Origin: Marispirochaeta sp.
GTDB taxonomy: Bacteria; Spirochaetota; Spirochaetia; JC444; Marispirochaetaceae
Reading direction: 5' to 3'
Assembly (NCBI GenBank): GCA_963676835.2
Contig: CAXXFF010000002.1
Span: 800,001-864,000, forward strand
Length of the DNA stretch: 64,000 nt
Positions 56,999-64,000 of the stretch are shown piece after piece. A model generated the notes under the pieces. It saw nothing but the letters and a program-made list of their open reading frames with translations. It was not told the origin of the DNA and did no database searches. A program made the translations under genes and the position numbers. Every line of letters begins with the position of its first letter. Position 1 is the stretch's first letter.

Positions 56999-59900
56999 AT
57001 GAGCTTGACAGAAACTGCTGTACATCGCCCCGTTGCGGTAGTTGTTATTTTTGCTTTGTTGATTGGTCTGGCCGTTTTCCTGGTCCCATCAATACCGGTG
57101 GAGCTGTTTCCCGACCTGGAGATGCCTGTTCTAATGATCAGCACTCAATATCGCGGAGCAGGGCCGGAAGATGTTGAGCGGAATATTACGGAAGTACTCG
57201 AGAAGCAACTATCTAATGTGAGTGACCTGGAATCGATAACTTCAACCTCGGCAGAAGGCTATAGTTTGATTAATATGGAGTTTGACTTTTCAAAGGACCT
57301 GGATGAAGCGACTAACGATGTCCGGGATAGATTGGAAATAGTGTCTGGCCTGCTTCCGGATGAAGCAGGAAGCCCGACGATTCTTAAACTGAATACTGAT
57401 AACCAGCCATTTTTAACACTGGGGTTACTGGGTGATCTTTCGCAGAATAAACTACGATCTATTGCAGAAGATACCATTCAACCTCTTCTTGAAAGAATCG
57501 GTGGCGTGGCTACAATTACCGTGAAAGGGGGGCAGGAGGAAATTGTTCGTGTACAAGTCTCTCAAAATCGTCTTGAGGCTTATAATTTAACCCTCACAGA
57601 GGTGGCAACAATTCTGAATGCCCAGAATTATCAGGTTGGAGCTGGAAATCTTCAGGAAGGATTGACTGAATATCTAATTCGCACAGATGCTGAATTTAAT
57701 TCTCTGGAAGAAATATCTAATGTTGTCGTCAGTTATACAGTAGTAGGATCAGATGCAGCACGGAAGGAGATCTATCTAAAGGATATCGCAGAAGTTGAAA
57801 GAACCAATGCAGAAGAAGATGATAGAGTTTTTATAAATGGAGAGTATGGCGTAACACTATCGATCCAAAAGGAATCGGATGCCAATAGTATCAGTGTGAC
57901 TGATAAAATTGAACAGGAAATGGATTCGATAAAATCCGAGCTTCCGGACGGCGTGAATATATTGGTTCTCATGGATGAGTCTGCTGAGGTTGAGTCCATA
58001 ATGTATCAAACATATCTGTCGCTTTTCCAGGGGGTTCTCCTGGCAATGGCAGTACTTTTTCTCTTCTTAAGGAGCTGGTCCAGCACCATAATAATCGCTC
58101 TTTCGATACCTCTTTCAATCTTTGTTACAATCCTGTTTATGTATTTTATGGGGCTGACTATAAATCTCATGACACTAACCGGGCTGATTCTTGGACTGGG
58201 TATGGTTGTTGATGGATCCATAGTTATTCAGGAAAATATTTTTAAATTTCGAGAAAGAGGGGCAAAACTTGAATCAGCTGCGGTTCTTGGGCCTCATGAA
58301 ATGGTTATGTCAATCACAGCTTCAACATTGACAACTATTTGTGTTTTTATCCCAATTATCCTGTTTGCCGACGGAATCGGTATTTTTGGACAGGTTTTCA
58401 GTGCGCTTTCCTGGACAATAATTATTGCGCTGACAGTATCCCTGGTTGTTGCTCTGGTCTTTGTTCCAACCATGGCCGCAAATTATTTGAAAGTGTACAC
58501 GAGAAAGCAGAAGCCCCTAAAGAATAAAACATTACAAAAAATAGATCATGCTTTTGAGATCGGATTCAATAAGCTGGATTCTGCATATGCTGAACTTTTA
58601 TCCAGATTGCTGGACAATAAAGCCAAGACAATCATTCTTGTCTTTATGCTCCTTGTATTGTCTGTAATTGGTTTTACACAATTAGGAATCATAATGGCTC
58701 CTCCCATGAGTGAGGACACTGTTTCTGTTTCATTTTCACTGCCTCAGGGAACTCCTCTCGACGAGACAGCGCTGCAGATACTTCAGTTGACATCAATTGT
58801 GGAAGCTGTGGGTGGCTATGAAAACATCGTTGTCACGGCTGGAGAAACCACAATGATGGGAGGTGCAGCTGAATCAAACAAAGCTTCGCTGGAGGTTTCA
58901 TTACCACCATATCAACTACAGACGGTTACTGCCGAAGAAATGAAAAAAGTTATTCGCAGACACTATAAGGATTTTCCAGGTGCTGAAATCGAGTTTCTTG
59001 CAGGCGGACCTGGTCTGGGTAATGCTGACCCTGTGGATATTCTTGTAAAATCTGATGATCTTGGTCATGCGGTTACATTTGCTGAAGAGCTTAAGGCTCT
59101 CATTAAGGATAAGCTCCCTGGTATAACAGACGCGGCAACTGATATGGATGAAGGGCTCCCTCAACTGCAAGTTGTTATTGATCGTGCACGTGCTTATAAT
59201 TTGGGTTTAAATATGTATGCTGTTGCGAATGAAATCAGCACCAGTATGAACGGAATAACAGCAACTACTTATCGTGTGGGCGGGGATGAGCTGGATGTTG
59301 AATTAATTCTAAGAGACCAGGATCGTAGCTCAGTTCCTGATCTGAATAAAATTTTTATAGTTAATAATTCCGGCAACAGGATTGCAGTCTCCAATGTGGC
59401 TCACCTGGAAAAGACAGTTGGGCCTGTAGCGATAAATCGTGATGATGAAATGAGAACTGTTCATGTGACCGGAGGGCTTGTTGAAGGCTATGCGGCTACC
59501 GATGCTCAAAAAGACATTGAAGAGCTGCTATCTGCACAAATAGTAGTTCCCGATGGAATTGTTGTTGGTCTGGGAGGTGATTTCAGCGATATCTTAGAAA
59601 TGGGGATACAACTTCTTATTGTTGGTATCATAGCTATTTTGCTTGTTTTTGGAATTATGGCAGCTCAATTCGAATCCTTAAAAGATCCTTTCATAATCTT
59701 TTTTACAATTCCCCTGATGTTAATAGGTGTAGTTGGTTTCTATACATTTTCAGGTGCAACTTTCAGTCTTATGTCGGCTGTAGGCCTGGTTGTTCTGGCG
59801 GGGCTGGTGGTAAATAGTGGCATTGTCCTTGTGGATTATATTAACCTGCTTCTTAAGCGCGGATACAAACTAAAGGAGGCTTGTGTATCTGCCGGAAGAA

Positions 59901-60100
59901 GTCGTTTAAGGCCTATATTGATGACCACTGCAACGACGATACTCGGCATGTTCCCTCTTGCCTTTTTAGGTGCCCCCGGGACAGAGCAGGTTCAACCAAT
60001 AGCGCAAACCATTATTGGTGGATTAACTGCAAGTTCACTTATGACGCTTTTCTTTATACCTATTTTGTTTGCAGTACTTAATGGAAGGAGGTATGAATGA
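56999..60100 (+). CDS. RND efflux permease (AcrB/AcrD/AcrF family)
   Basis: RPVAV, ELFPD, GAGPEDVE, GMVVDGSIV..ENI, ASTLTT..VF.P and RLRPILMTT. Confidence 0.96.
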   Translation: MSLTETAVHRPVAVVVIFALLIGLAVFLVPSIPVELFPDLEMPVLMISTQYRGAGPEDVERNITEVLEKQLSNVSDLESITSTSAEGYSLINMEFDFSKDLDEATNDVRDRLEIVSGLLPDEAGSPTILKLNTDNQPFLTLGLLGDLSQNKLRSIAEDTIQPLLERIGGVATITVKGGQEEIVRVQVSQNRLEAYNLTLTEVATILNAQNYQVGAGNLQEGLTEYLIRTDAEFNSLEEISNVVVSYTVVGSDAARKEIYLKDIAEVERTNAEEDDRVFINGEYGVTLSIQKESDANSISVTDKIEQEMDSIKSELPDGVNILVLMDESAEVESIMYQTYLSLFQGVLLAMAVLFLFLRSWSSTIIIALSIPLSIFVTILFMYFMGLTINLMTLTGLILGLGMVVDGSIVIQENIFKFRERGAKLESAAVLGPHEMVMSITASTLTTICVFIPIILFADGIGIFGQVFSALSWTIIIALTVSLVVALVFVPTMAANYLKVYTRKQKPLKNKTLQKIDHAFEIGFNKLDSAYAELLSRLLDNKAKTIILVFMLLVLSVIGFTQLGIIMAPPMSEDTVSVSFSLPQGTPLDETALQILQLTSIVEAVGGYENIVVTAGETTMMGGAAESNKASLEVSLPPYQLQTVTAEEMKKVIRRHYKDFPGAEIEFLAGGPGLGNADPVDILVKSDDLGHAVTFAEELKALIKDKLPGITDAATDMDEGLPQLQVVIDRARAYNLGLNMYAVANEISTSMNGITATTYRVGGDELDVELILRDQDRSSVPDLNKIFIVNNSGNRIAVSNVAHLEKTVGPVAINRDDEMRTVHVTGGLVEGYAATDAQKDIEELLSAQIVVPDGIVVGLGGDFSDILEMGIQLLIVGIIAILLVFGIMAAQFESLKDPFIIFFTIPLMLIGVVGFYTFSGATFSLMSAVGLVVLAGLVVNSGIVLVDYINLLLKRGYKLKEACVSAGRSRLRPILMTTATTILGMFPLAFLGAPGTEQVQPIAQTIIGGLTASSLMTLFFIPILFAVLNGRRYE

Positions 60101-60393
60101 TACGCCTTGAAATAGTAGCTAATAAATCTGTTGAGTCAGATATCAGGGAAGCTCTTATCGGTGTGAATGCAAGTTTGAATGCTACACGATTAACTGATGT
60201 TCATGGCTGGGGTAATAGCGACCCAAAAGAAGGGAACGCTGTCTGGCCTGAAGAGAACATTCTCTATATAATATATGCTGATGATGATACAGCACATCAT
60301 TATATTGATGCTGTCAGGAGAGTGAAGCGGAGATTTCCCCTTGAGGGGATTAAAGTTTTTGCTTTACCTTACCGCGAACTGTTAAATATATAG
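60097..60393 (+). CDS. PG0541-family transporter-associated small protein (PII/GlnB-like)
   Basis: ATGA overlap with the RND stop; VHGWG...PKEGNAVWPEEN motif. Confidence 0.75.
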   Translation: MIRLEIVANKSVESDIREALIGVNASLNATRLTDVHGWGNSDPKEGNAVWPEENILYIIYADDDTAHHYIDAVRRVKRRFPLEGIKVFALPYRELLNI

Positions 60394-60399
60394 TATATT

Positions 60400-60430
60400 G
60401 TTACTGCCCATCGTTAAGGCGGGCAGTAAC
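60400..60430 (+). terminator. Hairpin ending the efflux operon
   Basis: gttactgccc-N11-gggcagtaac; weak T-tract. Confidence 0.65.
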
Positions 60431-60685
60431 TTGTAACTCATCAATCAATCTAAACATTACATTTTTTCATGGTGGGATCATATAGTTCATTATTCGACCA
60501 TTGAGGAAGATAGTTTAAGCTGTTTATATCGGTTAGAACTTCCTGTGAGTTTTTGTAATTATTTTTCAATGTTGCTTCCTCCTGTAATAGTCCGTTAATC
60601 TTGCATCTTTCAAAGTTTCCTTTCTGAATTCGCAAATTCTCGTCTTACTCTGTTTCTGACTTTGTTGAAAATTGTCGTCTTTGTG

Positions 60686-60702
60686 TGTTGCAACCTGCAA
60701 CG
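60686..60702. promoter_or_regulatory. Putative UAS for the second sigma-54 promoter
   Basis: TGTTGC-AACCT-GCAACG, about 140-155 bp upstream of -24. Confidence 0.5.
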
Positions 60703-60839
60703 TGCATATCGGATTTGCTCCGATTTCAGGTCTCACTCAACGGGATTGAAATAAGAATTTTTCATTACTATACCTCTAAGTATCAGCTGTGTAGGTAAAT
60801 ATGGATATTTCCCCTGAAGATAACGGCTGTTTATACATG

Positions 60840-60856
60840 TTGGTACATTACTTGCT
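60840..60856 (+). promoter_or_regulatory. Sigma-54 (-24/-12) promoter of the second TTT operon
   Basis: TTGGTAC-ATTAC-TTGCT: GG at 60842-43 and GC at 60854-55 (correct N10 spacing). Confidence 0.75.
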
Positions 60857-60989
60857 TAACAACAGTGAGAATGCTTTATCTGTGGTGGATTAACTGTCGG
60901 GATTGCATATCCCTTTGGGTTCGACAATATTCCCGCAAATATAGAGCATCAAAAACTGTACCGTTCAAGCGGTATAAAAGGAGATTATC

Positions 60990-62021
60990 TTGAAAAAGAT
61001 TCTTGGAATTCTTTTAGTGTTGGTTGTACTTACGAGTGGTTTATGCGCAGAAGGCAGTAAGGAAGGAAAACTGTTGAGTGGTAACCTTCGAATTGTTATC
61101 GGTTCTTCATCAACCGGTGGAGACACATATGCGAACTCGGCAATCGTAGCGGAATATCTTGCCGAAGAGCTGGGAATGAATGTCAAAGTTGATGCAACAG
61201 GTGTTAACGGTGCATATGATGCCCTGAAACATGATTCGTCGGGACATACAATCATGATTTTCCATGACCAGGCCTACCTTGGCTATCTTTATGGTGTTGA
61301 AGGCTATGACAACCCCTTCGAAGACTATATTGTAGGCCCCCTGCTCGCAATTAATCCTGGTAATGCCTACCTGGCTCCGAAGGATTCACCATACAACACT
61401 CTTCAGGAGGTTATTGATGCAGCGGGAAACGGAACACGCGTTCGTGTAGCAATTCAGCCCGGCGGAGTATCTGAAATTGGGTATACCGCCATGAAGAATG
61501 CGGTACAGATTCAATACCCAGGTATGGAAGATAATCTGGCAGCCGTGAATACCGGTTCTCAGTCAGACAAGAATCAGTTGCTCTTCGACGGTCAGGCAGA
61601 TGTGATCAACGGTTCAATCCAGGCTAACGAGCAGTATTCTCAGCTTCCTGCAAGTGACCAGAAGGCTATGAAATTCCTTTGGCTGACTGCGCGCAATCAG
61701 ACCATTAAGCAGGCAAATCCTGAAGGATATGGAGACACCACACGCGATCAGATGCTGCAGTGGGTAGATCCCAAAGTACAGCTTGCCAATGATTTTACCT
61801 TCGATAAGGAATTTGTGGTTCTCTACAATAAGGACATGGATCCTGCACTTGTTGATTATTTTGATAATGCCCTGAAAAAGATCTTTGCAGCTGGAGAGAT
61901 TCAGAAAACCCAGAAAAAGTCCTTCTTTATTCCGGACTTCCTGCCTTCTGCCGAGGCGCAGGCATACCTGAAAGAGAAGATGGAAAAATATGAAGGTATT
62001 ATTTCCGCACTGAAAAAGTAA
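60990..62021 (+). CDS. TTT substrate-binding protein (divergent TctC)
   Basis: Signal peptide; IGSSSTGGDTY; AAGGAG SD with TTG start; precedes tctB/tctA. Confidence 0.85.
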   Translation: MKKILGILLVLVVLTSGLCAEGSKEGKLLSGNLRIVIGSSSTGGDTYANSAIVAEYLAEELGMNVKVDATGVNGAYDALKHDSSGHTIMIFHDQAYLGYLYGVEGYDNPFEDYIVGPLLAINPGNAYLAPKDSPYNTLQEVIDAAGNGTRVRVAIQPGGVSEIGYTAMKNAVQIQYPGMEDNLAAVNTGSQSDKNQLLFDGQADVINGSIQANEQYSQLPASDQKAMKFLWLTARNQTIKQANPEGYGDTTRDQMLQWVDPKVQLANDFTFDKEFVVLYNKDMDPALVDYFDNALKKIFAAGEIQKTQKKSFFIPDFLPSAEAQAYLKEKMEKYEGIISALKK

Positions 62022-62046
62022 TCAGAAAGACCTATTTAGCATATCC

Positions 62047-62078
62047 TCAGATTCCGGTGCTTTGGCGCTGGAATCTGA
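62047..62078 (+). other. Intra-operonic hairpin after tctC
   Basis: tcagattccggtgc-tttg-gcgctggaatctga. Confidence 0.7.
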
Positions 62079-62127
62079 TTACTTATAAATAACTCGACCA
62101 TAGAAGGTAGTTCTGGAGGATTCTTTC

Positions 62128-62577
62128 ATGAATGAGAATACTGGATTCCTGCATATAACAATTGATTTTGATACATCTCATTTGTTTTTTCCCAAGATTG
62201 TTATTGGAATTTTAATTTTTCTGCTGATCGTAATCGGCATTCATTCCTTAGTTAAATATCGTAAAAAGGGCGGTATTGGGACTGCGCTGAAGTCCTATCA
62301 TTTTTTTGCAAAGGATTTTGATAAGATCAAATTATTGGGGACAATAGGGCTACTTGCGGCTTACTTCTATTTAATGAACCGTATAGGCAGGCTGTTTCCG
62401 AACCAGGGGCTGGGATTTCTGATAACTTCGATACCCTATATGTTTATTCAGTCGTCCCTGTTTGTCGGAAAAGCATCAGTACGCAAGCATCTTGCTGCCA
62501 TATCCATCACATCGGTGGTAACGCCGCTGTTTGCATGGATACTGTTTGGAAAACTGTTTTTTATAACCCTGCCATAA
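62128..62577 (+). CDS. tctB: TTT small permease TctB
   Basis: SHLFFP; 4 TMs; C-terminal LFFITLP; GGAGG SD. Confidence 0.82.
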   Translation: MNENTGFLHITIDFDTSHLFFPKIVIGILIFLLIVIGIHSLVKYRKKGGIGTALKSYHFFAKDFDKIKLLGTIGLLAAYFYLMNRIGRLFPNQGLGFLITSIPYMFIQSSLFVGKASVRKHLAAISITSVVTPLFAWILFGKLFFITLP

Positions 62578-62596
62578 ACCTTAGAGGAACAGCAAA

Positions 62597-64000
62597 ATGG
62601 AAATATTTGAATTAATCACTCCCCTGACAGTTTCATTGACTTTCATTGGAGTTATCGGCGGTATTATTTTCGGCGCGATCCCGGGAATGACAGCGACAAT
62701 GGCGCTGGCAGTGTTTCTTCCGTTGACCTATGCCTTGAACATGAACCAGGCGCTTGCACTCCTGATTGGTCTCTATGTCGGAGGGATTTCCGGAGGACTG
62801 GTCCCGGCAATTCTTTTGAAGATTCCGGGTACTCCAGCATCGATTGCAACCACCTTTGACGGACATCCCATGACCCTGAAGGGGCAGGGAGAACGGGCGT
62901 TGAAGATCGGTATTGTATCGTCTTTTATTGGCGGATGTATCAGTATTGCCATACTGGCGGTTGCAGCACCGGCGCTGGCAGATATAGCAATAAAGTTTTC
63001 GTATGTTGAAAAGTTTCTCATCATCATATTTGCCTTGACGGTAATCGCATCGATTTCACAGGGAAGTATGCTGGTTGGAATCTTTAGTGGATTTCTTGGT
63101 GTTCTGATTAGCCTCATCGGAACTTATGGATCAACCAGCGGTGGTAATGACCATACCCGTTTGTTGCCCGATTTCCTGCGTGATACCATGCGAAACGGCT
63201 TTTCCCTGCTGCCGGTATTGATCGGGATGTTCGCCCTGGCGACTATCCTTGAAGAAGCAGAAACCGGGGTCAAGGAGAGTGCCCACCAGAAGATTGACCT
63301 GAGCAGTGGAGTTAAATTTCAGTTCTCGGTGTTCAAGAATAAAATAGGAAACTTGATCAGGTCGTCGTTTATCGGGACCTTTGTCGGTTTGCTTCCCGGT
63401 GTCGGGGGCAGTGCTGCATCGGTTCTCTCTTATACTCAGGCCAAGAATTTTTCAAAACATCCCGAGAAATTCGGTACTGGTATTCCGGACGGAGTTATCG
63501 CCTCCGAAGCTTCAAATAATGCTCTGACAGGCGGGGCTCTGATACCCCTGGTATCGCTGGGTATTCCCGGCGACAGTACAACCGCGGTTTTGATCGGTGC
63601 CTTCACCCTGCAGGGGATTCAGCTTGGGCCACTCTTTATCGGCAATGAACCGATGGCCTGGGCCGGGATGGTAAACTCCCTGATAATCGCCAATATCATC
63701 ATGTTCGCCATAATGTTCTTTGCCATCAAGTACATTGTGCGGGTTATTTATGTACCTAAATACATCCTGTACCCGGTAATTGTCGTAATGTGTGTTGTGG
63801 GCTCATATGCAATTAATTATGGACGGATGATCGATGTCTGGACCTATCTGATCTTCGGATTATTCGCCTGGTTGGTGGTTAAGGTGAAACTGCAGATTCC
63901 ATCGCTGCTGATTGGTTTTATTCTGGGAAATCAGCTGGAAATCTACTTTGTAAAGAGTCTGGAATCTTTCGGAACCTTCACCATCTTTTTTACCAAGAGT
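62597..64000 (+). CDS. tctA: TTT large permease TctA (3'-truncated by window end)
   Basis: Manual translation MEIFELITPLTVSLTFIGVIGGIIFGAIPGMTATMALAVFLPLTY...; IPGTPASIATTFDGHPM, GLLPGVGG, ASEASNNA and LGIPGD. Confidence 0.93.
   Translation, partial: MEIFELITPLTVSLTFIGVIGGIIFGAIPGMTATMALAVFLPLTYALNMNQALALLIGLYVGGISGGLVPAILLKIPGTPASIATTFDGHPMTLKGQGERALKIGIVSSFIGGCISIAILAVAAPALADIAIKFSYVEKFLIIIFALTVIASISQGSMLVGIFSGFLGVLISLIGTYGSTSGGNDHTRLLPDFLRDTMRNGFSLLPVLIGMFALATILEEAETGVKESAHQKIDLSSGVKFQFSVFKNKIGNLIRSSFIGTFVGLLPGVGGSAASVLSYTQAKNFSKHPEKFGTGIPDGVIASEASNNALTGGALIPLVSLGIPGDSTTAVLIGAFTLQGIQLGPLFIGNEPMAWAGMVNSLIIANIIMFAIMFFAIKYIVRVIYVPKYILYPVIVVMCVVGSYAINYGRMIDVWTYLIFGLFAWLVVKVKLQIPSLLIGFILGNQLEIYFVKSLESFGTFTIFFTKS

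Noticed and set aside
60450..60635. Small minus-strand ORF (an internal AGGAGG + TTG start would give about 39 aa)
   Set aside because: No recognisable motif and AT-rich junction DNA. It could be a remnant but is not supportable as a gene.
53895..60990. Transposon or integrative element
   Set aside because: No integrase, transposase, tRNA target or terminal repeats were seen; only a compositional shift.

Overview
Gene-dense chromosomal segment from a free-living, probably anaerobic spirochaete (Spirochaetaceae-like). The assignment is inferred from spirochaete-type ParC/ParE, FlgM, conserved hypothetical proteins and AxA-EG-type signal peptides. Positions 1-43.3 kb hold mostly housekeeping and signalling genes: lspA, Nif3, a LonC-type protease, HDOD, glutaredoxin, TrmH, flgM, rsmI, aspS, MscS, parE-parC, two sensor kinases, a NifX-NifX-(MinD/4Fe-4S)x2-DUF134 operon with a perfect palindrome over its promoter, SixA, PpiC, an adenylate cyclase, MATE, two MCPs, YchJ, a SET-domain protein, leuA with a Leu-leader attenuator, and an atypical Fic-like gene coupled to a Na/Pi cotransporter. 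From 43.3 kb to the end lies an accessory region, which is the best candidate for an undescribed system. A PrpR-like sigma-54 activator sits divergently from a consensus sigma-54 promoter. That promoter drives esterase-tctC-tctB-tctA-tctC-MBL-DUF3237-esterase-esterase. An AT-richer TetR/TolC/MFP/RND/PG0541 efflux cassette follows, then a second sigma-54 promoter with a similar upstream palindrome driving a second tctCBA operon. I propose a coordinated import-hydrolyse-export system for an unknown carboxylic ester or lactone. No tRNA, rRNA, CRISPR array, transposase or phage gene was recognised. All calls come from reading motifs by eye; no searches were run.
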